NCBI GenBank assembly: GCA_002633005.1
Contig: NMRA01000132.1
Coordinates: 834,511-898,510, forward strand
Length of the DNA stretch: 64,000 nucleotides
From: Phoronis australis
Lineage: Eukaryota > Animalia > Phoronida
Reading direction: 5' to 3'
Part shown: one piece after another, positions 33,501-44,924 of the stretch
How positions within the stretch are numbered: position 1 is the stretch's first letter
Layout of the letters: the number at the start of each line of letters is the position of its first letter
Notes under the pieces: generated by a model
The model's input: the letters and a program-made list of their open reading frames with translations, nothing else
Told to the model about the DNA's origin: nothing
The model's database searches: none
Position numbers and translations under genes: made by a program

Positions 33501-35560
33501 CAGCACCACGTCACGATGCTTACTGGACACGAACTATAACTTTTAAAATCTCTTGGTCTATTTACACCGACCTCTTGTCTATTTACATTGTCACTACGGT
33601 TCGTGACTCCCTGGTGTAGTGGTTAAGGTGCTGGCGACTCGAATTATCTGTAGTTTCAGAAGTCGTGGGTTCAAATCCTGCCTCGGACAAAAAATCACAC
33701 GATGAGTGTACCACATATCCGTGCTCGTTAAGTCCGCGGAAACACCCTACGATGGCCGGAGAATAGACCGACCGAAACGTCGTGACAGTGTAAATAGACA
33801 AGAGGTCGGAGTAAATAGACCAAGAGATTTAATAATAGTTATAACACGTCACCTCCTCAGAGGATTTTAGAGAGTCATTACTGGACACGGTTCAGTGGTT
33901 TGTAGCGGATCAGGATTTTCGCCATAAAATTCGTTCTTAAAAACACATAGCAATTTTCAACCTATTTCATATTCACTTCGTCGCTATATGTTGTGTTTCT
34001 AACTAACTGGCCATTAACAATCACACTGAGAGATGAGGAATTATCCTGCAAGCTCCACTTTATTTATAGCGTTACAGCGCCTATTTGCTCAGGTTTGGCC
34101 AGCGGGAAATCGGCTTATGATCTTTCTGACGCTGAGGGTGTAATATACCTTGGCTAACAAAGTGAGAATATCTTGGACTGAAAATTACCAGCATCTTGCA
34201 CGGAATGCATATCAGTCACAGAAATCATCCTTTCACAGACCATTGCACATGTAGATCCCCAATGCAGTTAAACCACGTTTATAGTAACAATTGATATTTA
34301 AAACATTGTTGTGCACTCAAACGTGAAAGTTCTAACGCTACTAATTATAGTTTTTAAGCGGTACTTGATTTGAAATATCAGTGTTAACCTCTTCACCAAC
34401 TTTTCCTGTTCCTGCGCAGAAGTCAATAATGCGAGCGTTCGTGTTGCCACCAATACATCTGGCTGTAATCTTGGCGCATATTTCCGGAGCGTTGAATCCT
34501 AGTAAGTCCATATCCTGATAATTCAAGCAAGAACGATTCACCTGGACATCAACTGGCGAGGTCACGATGGGACACAACATGGCCGTGGCCCTGCTTACTG
34601 CAAAATCGCAATCCTCCGGTCGAAAATCTTCTCAATTTTGCGTTTGCCCCACCCGTTCATTGCAGGTTGACATTCATTTCAACCCCCGCCCCGGTCGACA
34701 AAACCTCACGTTTTCCCCGTTAAATATTTCTGGCTGCGCCAGTGTTGTTGTCCCATCCAGCGTTAATCGAAAAAGTGAACAGCTGGCATTTTATATTAAA
34801 CTATTAAAGTGACAGTGTATCGTTTATGGTTTTGAAATCAGTTCCAGCGCGGATCCAACCACTAACATTCGCGTTCGTGGCTTAACACTCTACTGGCGAG
34901 CCGGCGCACGCTGTGAACAGCTGAGTAATTTAAGCGTACTTAACTGGTAAACTTCACCGGCCTCGATTTCAGCAAATGTCTGGCAGACGTCGGCAATTTG
35001 TAATAAAATCACAAAAACACAAAGGACGACATTGTTTTATAGCTCCAGTAATCTCAAAAAAGTGGATCCCATCCAGCAATAGTCCCTTTAATGCCGATTG
35101 TGAAATAAAGCAATTTGTGGCGAAGTGATTTGTAATCATTGAAAATGCGCGCTGTTCTATAGCTCTGTCGTGCTTTGGCACTGTCTTTCTATTTTCCTCT
35201 CAAAATATAGTGGGATGCACGTTTTCTCAATTGTTCTTAAAAATTCTGTTTATAATAGTCCCAATGTTTGACATTTTCGGGTGCTTCACATGAAAACGTC
35301 GTTGATTTTCCACGACAGCTGCAAAAAAATGTCCGAGTTTCTGATTTGTCATCATGTTGTCTGAATATTAATTTGGGGAGTAATTGCCTAATGCGCATAC
35401 TCAGGTACAAACACATGAAATAAGCTTAACTGAATGAGATTACCTCGTCGTAATGTGACGACCACTCTGTATAACACTGTACACCACCTGTGAACGTCTT
35501 GCGTATCATGTCTAGCGCTTTGTCAATCGTTCTGGATTGACGACGCTGTGTTTGTGACAT
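30594..35560 (-). CDS. METTL27: METTL27/WBSCR27-like class I SAM-dependent methyltransferase, paralog A (5 exons)
   Basis: Exons 35560-35444, 34514-34389, 32948-32807, 32623-32531, 30757-30594. Motifs YTEWSSHYDEDM, IIDFCAGTGKVGEEL, GFTNVDAVDANEAML, YDVATASG, LPELIRVTKPGG. Orthology is to the family only. Confidence 0.85.
33010..33245. repeat. Interspersed repeat, inverted copy at ~41690-41920
   Basis: TTTGGCGAAGTGGG..CGGCGAATG(C/T)ACAATTCATAGCTCTGAA..ATTCTCAAAAATTCGAGCC is shared in opposite orientation. Confidence 0.75.
33535..33843 (+). mobile_element. Inverted-repeat-bounded element containing a tRNA-like (A/B box) segment
   Basis: ~65-bp inverted arms. Internal TGGTGTAGTGG (A box, ~33612) and GGTTCAAATCC (B box, ~33668). 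Acceptor and anticodon stems do not form, so it is not a functional tRNA. Confidence 0.65.
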
Positions 35561-37703
35561 CTTTCCCCGTTTTATCCAAGCGATACAAACCGTAGGTATT
35601 CCCTTAGTAATAATATCACAAACGGAGTTTTCTCTGCATGATTGCTCAGATGTAAAAAACTGAACATATTACACCGTGAAATTAAACATGATACAAATAA
35701 GTACGTCACTATGGACGCATTCACAACAACTTCATTTGTGTGTCGTAACAAATGACTCAGGAAACAATTCACCACTTGCACAAAATCGCCGTCATGCTTG
35801 AAAACGAGGTGTTGTGTCCAAACTACCATGGTTCTCCATGTTTCGAACACATGCTCTTTCACGTTTGTGTTAAAATTAATGCTAAAACGAGGCAATGTGT
35901 CCTAAACAAAAATGCTCAACAATCATGCTTTGTCGCCACCAAAGTGTGCAAGTAGTGAATTGTGTACACCTCTATTCACGCAGTTGCCATTTTAAAAATA
36001 ATGCATTCTGCGCTAAATCACAGCGCAAAGCGCGATTTTTTTCGCGTGCCTCGTTATATTTATGTCTCAAATGCACTGTTTTTTTTTAACCTAAAAGAGG
36101 CTCACTACTAAAATAGCAACTGCGTGAACAAGGTCTATAAGATAGCATATTAGTTGAGATTACACTTCTTCGCCTTTTTATCGACTTAGTTAGGGGTAAG
36201 ACTCTTCGAGACAGCGCTTAATTAATGCGGATTCCAATGTGGGTGCAGCGTATTTTTGTGGTTAAAACCCAAAAATAGTTTTCGTGAATAAATTTTCCCA
36301 TTCAACACACGCGCTTGTTGATCACTGTGATTGGTTGCTGCTTGGCCTCCGATATCTGTGTCGTTCATTTTCTTGTCCGACACCGATCGCATATCAAGCA
36401 TGAGCCAATCACGCGCGTCTCGTAGTGACGACATAAATTGCGATCCTTGCCAGACTTCCGACGCTCCTGAGCAGCAATGTAATGGCGTACGCTGTGATCC
36501 CTTCTTTACTTGTTGTGTAAGGTATGTTCTAAAAGATTGAAATCAAGGTCCCGTTTTCTAAACCGGCCATCTCGAATGAATAATACTGGGTCAATAAAAT
36601 GGAGTCAACTGGATATGCTCCAAGAGCGAGTTTTACGTGAGATGTTACGATTTTGCGATTGTATGTTTGCTCTTACCAAGTACGTATGATGAAGCAGTGC
36701 CCAAATGGCTCCAATGCTCTAGTTCAGAGCACTTGGGATAACACAAGTAGGTTAAACAAATGGGTTCGTCCTCACTTTATTAATGAAGGTCGCTCTTATC
36801 TACAAGTATATAAGGGGCTGTAACTATGCTTCACTCATTTTTACGCTAAAGCTGATTGATTTGATAGTTAACTGTAAAAACAAGATGTCTGATATTAAAA
36901 AGTAGACAGGGGTTAAGAAAAACAAGGGATTTTGTGAACAGAAAGAAATACCCCTTTAAAAAATCTAGGACGCAACCTACTCTATCTACACAATAAACTC
37001 GACTCCAACTAAAAAATGACCAATTCCACGGCACGCTTCGAATAAACTTTAAGTATAGTTTGTACTCGAATCACGCGACATGTCAGTGACTGATTACGTT
37101 CCTGCCTGGGTTTGAGACGAGTTTTGACTCGGCGCCAATATTAAAGAGAACATCAACGATGAACGATAACTAAATATGCTGTGAGACGTTATTTATATAA
37201 GTACAGCTTTCAATTGGCAAATGAGGGGGAACCGGAACTGTTTGCAGTGAGTGGCACACAAAGTTTCACTGCCGGGCTAAAATGCAAGTGTAAACGCTGA
37301 AAGTTATAGCCACCCATGTGAACCTACATGTAGTATCAAACTGCTAGCAAAACTCCAGGAAAAGTGACATTTGTAACCATTCATATCACTGCTGAACAAA
37401 AGTACTAGCGAACTTCGCTAGCGTTTTAACCGATTTGATACCAGGCTAATAGAAGCGTATTAGTGCGAACGATTGATAACTACCAAAACTAGGCTGACTT
37501 GCTTTGGTGCCTTATGTTGCAATGATTGCTGTCTAGCAATGATGAGCATAATGCACAATTATACTCTCTCACTTCAACATATTCAATTTACTTGCAGTTT
37601 GTAGTAGGGCCTGTGAAACACTGCTTAGCTGAAGAACTAGCTACGTCGATGTTTACCCGTCAACATATCGGGCGCAGTAAAAGCTGGCAAAGAAAACGTG
37701 ATC

Positions 37704-40700
37704 TTAGACGATTTGAATAATAATACCCTCGCCACGTCCACCCAAAATGTAACTCTCAGTTAGCACCCGTTCGACCACAGTAATGGCGCCTGCGTCCACG
37801 TGCTTCTCCAATTCGGTATCGATGTCTTCGCGTCCGCCATCTATCCATGTGACAATAACAATGAAACCACCTGTATAATAAATCGAAAAGAAAACGATAA
37901 TGGCATCAACGACACTTTCTGCTTTCGTCAAATTTGTGCAGGAGTAGCATGGAGAGTCTGTCAACGAAGCGATATTATCCTACCTACAAGTATTTGAATG
38001 CCAACACGAGGACCCGTTATTCAGTGAATTGCCTGGATGCTAGTGGACACTGAGTTCTTACACCGACATAATGCATGGTGTTGAGACTTAGTGTCCCCGA
38101 CAAAGCGTCTTTGCGTATAAACAAGCCACAACTGAAATTCACTAAAAATCTTGACCGAGTATGTATGGTGATTTTGAGCTTGTGACGTGACCCCCATTCA
38201 AATTTCATTGCATTCTGTGGAGGAGCATGTATTGAAATCATTGTGACAAGCGTTGTACACGAGTCTCCTCGTCCATGGTGTTGTTCAGGCACGTTACGCC
38301 GTAGAGGATGGAACAGCAGTTGCAATGCGCGCGTTTTTTTCTGCTTTTGTTTTCCTGCTTAAAGTTAACCGATCAAACAATGAAAAGTTCAATTTTTAGT
38401 CACGGATTCAGTTTTCATAGTACGTACTTTCTAGAATGAAATGTTGCCACGAGCAGGCAGCGGTTACCACTGACGCCTACTTCTCTCTAGTCTCCAAATA
38501 AAATAAGCTGGTTATAAAAGTCCAGACGCTGTGGTAAGCGCCTATTCCAAACGTTAAGAAGAATGCATAGTTGCTGGACATTGAATATTGAAATTTTCCA
38601 ATGTTTGAAGGGCAAAAATCGGTTAACTCAACAGAAGAAATTAGACATAACCCGCATTCCAACTGCTGTTAATAAGTTCCAAACCCCATTGTGCAACCTG
38701 TCTGAGCAACACAACGCGACTCTGTACATTACCGGTACCGCTTATCAGTGAGACCTTGATACCTCCAAAGTTTGCAGGGAAATTTGAAACGGGGGCATCG
38801 CGTCAAGCCGTTTTGAGAAAAAAATGTTACCTTCAAAATTTCTCGTAAAATGCATGATGATAGGCCCGACATAGTACCTGAAGTCGTGGCGGCTGTACAC
38901 AGTCGGGAAAATGAAATCAGCCAGTCCTCAGGCAATGAACAAACGATACGACTTGATCAGGATATCTCTAGAAAATTCTGCTGTGAGAGAACAACCTTAG
39001 CCTGCAATAACCTACCCGGTTTAACGACTCGAATGAGCTCCTTCAGACAAGCGGCCTGGAGACCACCGCGATAGAAGGTACCACTTGCAACTGCACCGTC
39101 ATAACCGTCTGGAAATTTAACAGAAAATCCAAGAACAAGAATGGCTTCACTTACGTTGACATTAAAGTACATGCATGGAGTTTCCACGTGAATATACTCC
39201 GACCGAATATTTCGAAACTAAGGCCCTATCCAGTCTCATGGTTACGTTAAAGTCAATCTAAGAATTGGGTTAGCTTTTAGAGATCCAAGCCAGCGTTAAT
39301 GCAGTCATTATTTTAAACAGATTGCAACCCTGACTAAGGTTCACAATGCGACAGAAAACTATTAAAAAGAGCCGATAAAACATAATGTGGCTGTTCACAC
39401 TTGGATGATTTCTAATGCGACTACGACCAAGTTACACAGGTGAAGAAAGTGGGCGCAAAAGTGTACAGGGGCTCAAGCCCAGGTTCAGATCATATATATT
39501 CCCAACCCCGAAATTTAAAACAATACGTGAACTGTCTTAAGGTTCACCGAAATTTTAATGTTGGACAACCTAGACTACTGGAATTAACTGGACCAGACTT
39601 CATTTCACTGAAGTCGGGTGGAAGGGGGAGGGTTGTCTCAATTCCATCGAGGTCTACCCTCTAGGCAGCGCATGCGCTATGAGGAAATAAATGTAGCTTA
39701 CTTTTTTACTGCTAACTGTGGCTCAAAATCTTGCAACTAAACAACAATAGAAAACTTCAAAGGAATAGTATACGTTTTTCTATCAGGTTGCATGTGACGG
39801 CTTAATACCAAGGTTATTTACGTATTGTAACCAACCTGTTGGGCTCAGTAGTTTCTGATTTACACGTTGAAATTGATTGACACGTCTAAATCTGAGGTGG
39901 TAAGTAAAGCTTGCATAAAATTGATGCTTCAGTGAATTTGATGCAGGTGGAAATTTGGGAATATTTCTATAATTTGACTCCCTTCGATCGTTTTTGCCTA
40001 TTTGTTGTATCACCGTTATTGATATTCCTGAGAAGCAATATACTACGTGTAGGTTATGAAACGTGTATGAGGGCAGCTCCATATCATATATGTCTGTTAC
40101 ACCCAAACTGCAAAGTCTAGATACGCTTTAGAACCAAGGTGAGAAAGACTGGTGACGACTTGAGGGGGGGGGGGGGNNNNNNNNGGGGGTGAGGGTTAGC
40201 GATAGTGGCAACCTGGTGACTGCAAACTTACAGTCCAGTCGAAACTGAACTAGTCTCCCGTCCCTGGCTTATGTTCTACCTTCTCAGCTATGGGTCTGGC
40301 TGAAATTCTAGATAACTATGAAAGGTATTACCGATTAAAGAATTTGTATTCAAGTTAAGTACCGTGGGGGAGTGTTATTTGGTCACCTCCTGGAATAAAG
40401 TGAGGTGATAAAGAGTCCAGTCCGTTGTCCAACCGCTTTTGAATGGCCGTTACAAACCTAAACTCCTCACCTGTTTCTAACTCGGGAGTCTCTGTAGTTG
40501 CACTGATGTACTGGTGAAAGATGTTCTTATAAACATTCTTCTTTCTGGCTAGATCCAGCATACTCTTGTTGGCATCAACAGCGTCAACATTGGCGAAGCC
40601 GAGGCGGACTAACTATAGGAGAAAAATTAAATTGATTCCAACAAAACATGTCTTCATAATCTGACAAGCACCGCTGTCAGTGTACTATCAGTTTACCGGC

Positions 40701-43700
40701 TATGGGGAGAGTAGGTGTACGTGCTAACATAACTTGAGCAACGAAACAAGTCAACACTTGAACACAATTTTAAATAGCAACGTCTTACGTGGGCATATGT
40801 TATGATGGTTTGCGAAAAGCCAGTCTCGACTGACGCTTATTTATTTGCGTGAGCTTTCTGTAGGTCGTGCGTAACTGTTTTTGAAATTAGTTTGCGTCAT
40901 GTCGGTGTGACTCGCATTTGCGACTACCTTATTATACAAATTTTTCATTTTATAGACAACTTCACTAAAGTAAGAGTTTCGAGCTACGGATACGTACGGC
41001 AAACTCTGAAATCATGTTGGAAAAATAAACTGTTATGCTTACTAGCTGTATAGAGAGGAAACAGTGTGGCCTTGTGGGATAAGTGTTCGCTTCCCGCTTT
41101 ACTCTAGTTCGTGGGTTCGACCCACCGTGGCACACTGCTAGAGCCTTGAGTCAGGTCTTTTAAGACGCTTAAAAGCGTCTCAGCTCAGTTTCAACTGTAC
41201 ATTAACAAACCACAAAAATGGTTCCAGGTGTCCAGTGCAATGGGCCCACACTAGCACTAGCAGACTGAGCACGTCTGGTACAATGTGTACCAGACCGCTT
41301 GCTATAGCCATATCCACCACTTATCGAGCCTATTGAAATATCACAAACCCATTCACACCATCTGGGCTTCGTTCAGCTGAATGGTCGATTAAAATAACGC
41401 ACCGTGATCGTCACTCGGTGTTGCATTGCACTTTAAAGTGCGGAAGTGATCTATCACATTCAACAGTTTTAATGTGGAGTACTTTCCTTTATGAAATATA
41501 TTTTAAATTGTTTCTCTAAAAGCCAAATGGGAGGTGATTTCGAGGCTTCGAAAGACAGTCCGTGCTTTAGACTAGATTCTCTAAGTTTGTCAGGGCGTGT
41601 CATTTTATGCGCAGCACATAGTATCAAGGATTAACGAAATGATAGTTCTTTGGAAACCAAGAAGAAAATAAAAACAGCATGACACATGCGCGCATCCAGT
41701 CTAAAAAGTGTGGGGGGGGCTCGAATTTTTGAGAATGTGGACCTTTTACTAATAAAAACGGGCTACGTTCAGAGCTATGAATTGTACATTCGCCGAACTT
41801 TTGTAGTTCCTGCCTTTTTTAGCGGGCTTTTGTCTCGGTCTCTACTTTTCGGACTTTTTGTTTCTTTGAGGCGGACCTTTTTGCCCACTTCGCCAAATGG
41901 GGGGGGGGGGGGGGGNGGTGCTCGCATGTGACATCATTTTCATTGCGGTCTGAATCAAAAGTCTTGTCGGCGAGATCATATCTCCGCAAGTAACATGTGC
42001 TGTGTCCCAAATATATTCCGCATGATTGTTTGAATGCTTCGCTGCAGAAAGAAGTATACAGAAGAAGGAGTAGTTGCGACACGTTAGGATAGTGAATTTA
42101 TTTCACTCTCTATTGAATATATCAGAATTAAAATACTGACGTATAGGGCCTTCGTCGTGTTACCATCGCCGTGATTGCTTGGGCAGCTGAATTGAAATGT
42201 CGAAACTAGGCACAAGACACTCGCGAGAAAAATAAGTGTGTTCACGTGATTCTATTGTAATGCATTGCGATATCGCGCGAGGACTTGCGTTTTCACAAGT
42301 TTCTTGGGTCTTTGAAACGCAACTATGTACAATAGTAGTTTATAACCGTTTCTGTATAGTATTTCCACCCAATTACTCCACATACAGATACATTTGGAAC
42401 CCACATGGAATGAGACAAACATGGATTCCTGAATAACAGCGACTTCAACTTCACGAGCCCTCGTAAAGGCGAAAAGTCTTATGCATATGTATCTTGTCTG
42501 TAGGCCTATGTATTTACTTACCCCCTCCGCTAGCTTGCCTGTACCAGCACAGATATCAATGATGCGTGCGTCTTTATTGTCTCCAAGATGTTTAGCTATG
42601 AGGCTGGCACAAATGTCCGGACCGTTATACCCCATGGAGTTCATGTCCTTGAAAGAAAATACAAAACTTTAGAGAAAGGAAACAGACAATTTCACAAAAC
42701 AAAACAAAGATACAGGACATTTCACCCTTGAGTAAAAACAGTTTTCAGTATGAAATTGTCGCCATCCATCAGGCTGCTCAACTGGCTAGAAAACATGGGA
42801 CAGTCCTTGGTAACAAGAGATTCTCATCTTCTCAGACAGTCAAGAAGCCATTAAGGAACAAATATCCAAAACCTACTTAAGTTGTGCCCGGGCCTGTGTG
42901 GATGCTCATCTTTGGATTGATGGTAATGAAACTGCTAAATAAGACATGGTCGGCGCAGTACTGAAAAAGTGGGGGACTAAAGACCTCCAGCCCCCCTGTG
43001 GTGCACCGCCTGTACACCATAGGCGGTGCAGCACTGAAAAATGTGGGGGTGGGCTATATCCCCCGCCCATGTAAGAGCATCCTATTTTGTACCAGAGCCA
43101 TATACATACATATACATGGATTCATACATACATAGTTACATACATACATACATACATACATATATACATATATACATACATACATATATACATACATACA
43201 TATATACATACATACATATATACATACATACATGCATGCATGCATGCATACATACATACATACATACATACCTGTACATACATGTACACACACATACATA
43301 CATACATACATACATACATACATACATACATACCTGTACATACATACCTGTACATACATACATACATGCATACATTCATACATACAAACAAACAAACATA
43401 CATACATACATACATACATACCTGTATATACATACATATACATAAGTTTCGTGAGGATAGTTTTATCTACAGGGTCAAGTTCTTGTTTCCATTGCACAAT
43501 TTGTGGGACAGAGTGAATTTTTAGCGGCTCGCGATAATCCATGTTGCTCGTATATTCGGTTTTTGCTGCGTGAAGTAAGGTTCATGTAGTTTGTTAAACG
43601 AAAGGTGGTTGGTGAAATTTCTCTTCTCGTCTTTTACTTTGGGGTATACACGTTTCATTTCGGTTCTCAGACGGATATTGCACGGGGCATGTGAGTGTGT

Positions 43701-44558
43701 GTAGGTAATGCGAAAGGATCCGACTATAAAAATGGTTACAGTAAATTTTAATGTTTTGTGTAATGTATCATTTGGGTGTTTTCGTGTGTTGTGTGGTATA
43801 GATGGTACCAACTGCGACTTTAACATTACCTCCAGTGTAGTGTACGTTCTTGCGACACAGTTTTATGTAGGTTCAAAATGATGACAAAAGTCGTAAATGT
43901 TGTTTACTGTATTACGTTGGGTTCTTTTATATTTTCTGTGATTTGTGGTTTAAAACATTGATGACAATTGCGTGCAAGGTGATTTTATTATTTACCAGTT
44001 TTATTATTTACCACGTCAGTGGTGATCTTTTTAGGTATTGTTCACTCGTCTCTGCTTGACCTCAGATTTGTGCAGTTAAGGTCAAGTGCAGTTCGGTCGG
44101 TAAAATTTAATACTCAGTGTTATGTATAATCAACACGTTGCACGGTTCCCAAGGGGATATCAACTTCACTTTCGGTCAGTGGAGGTTTACCACTGTGCAA
44201 CACGTGATGATCTTTTGCAAATTGTTACTGACTCCCCTGTCAATCACTGTTCCACGTCAGGTTTATCACGTTTGCAAGATGAAATTTGGTTCATTTTTCG
44301 TCTTATGTACTACTTTAAGAACCTTAAACTTTCATATTCTGCCATGGAAAAGTATGTAGCCTTATCTGATAAGGCCCTTATCAGTGGAGAGAGAATGGCT
44401 ATGGCTGCTTTGAAAAATCTTACCTTGTCGTAATTTTGACACCATTCCGAATAGAAACCAACACCATCCGTATTTGTCCTACTCAACATTTCCTGAGCCT
44501 GTGCAGTTTCAGCCTTGATCGGCACTAGATATTGCGTACCCTTCATAAACGATTCCAT
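37704..44558 (-). CDS. METTL27: METTL27/WBSCR27-like methyltransferase, paralog B (5 exons)
   Basis: Exons 44558-44424, 42647-42522, 40612-40471, 39108-39016, 37870-37704. Internal exon lengths (126/142/93) and phases are the same as in paralog A, and both share the GGGGAAAG-ATG start context. Motifs YSEWCQNYDKDM, IIDICAGTG, LKELIRVVKPGG. Confidence 0.87.
41055..41296 (+). mobile_element. tRNA-derived SINE, copy 2
   Basis: A box GTGGCCTTGTGG, B box GGTTCGACCC, body CCTTGAGTCAGG..AAAATGGTTCCAGGTG..ATGGGCCCAC..CACGTCTGG. Confidence 0.7.
43100..43442. repeat. (TACA)n microsatellite
   Basis: Directly visible. It explains the HTYI/MYVC ORFs in the track. Confidence 0.97.
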
Positions 44559-44689
44559 CTTTCCCCTGGTTGACTCTTGGTCTGCCACACGGGCGGCTGT
44601 CGTCAGAACACTCAGTTATCAACGTTGTTTACAGTCTACCCGAACAACACAGATCGGCCTTTTCTGCACTTGTGAACACAACTCACTGG

Positions 44690-44924
44690 CCTGTGAATTC
44701 AGTTCAAGAACTCGTGACCTCACTCACAAAACTCCGTTTACGTAACAAAAAGCGCTGCTCAAACATGTGAACGAGCAGCAGAGTCCGTGGGCCGTCACAG
44801 GCTCTAACCGTGTTTGTCAGTGTGCGTTGTGTGAACTCGTGGGCCGTGCTTTTTGGGCGAGTAAGCAGCCTTTTGCGAGTGAGGGCACAAGTTTGAGAGT
44901 TAGCTGCGAACTGAATTTACAGGT
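44690..44924. mobile_element. MITE-like palindrome just upstream of METTL27-like B
   Basis: CCTGTGAATTCAGTTC ... GAACTGAATTTACAGG ends, with internal CCTCACTCACAAAA / TTTTGCGAGTGAGG. Confidence 0.6.

Noticed and set aside
33605-33688. tRNA gene
   Set aside because: A and B boxes are present but the acceptor and anticodon stems do not pair. It lies inside an inverted-repeat element.
43041-43542. Overlapping 79-162 aa ORFs (HTYI/MYVC)
   Set aside because: Translations of a (TACA)n microsatellite.
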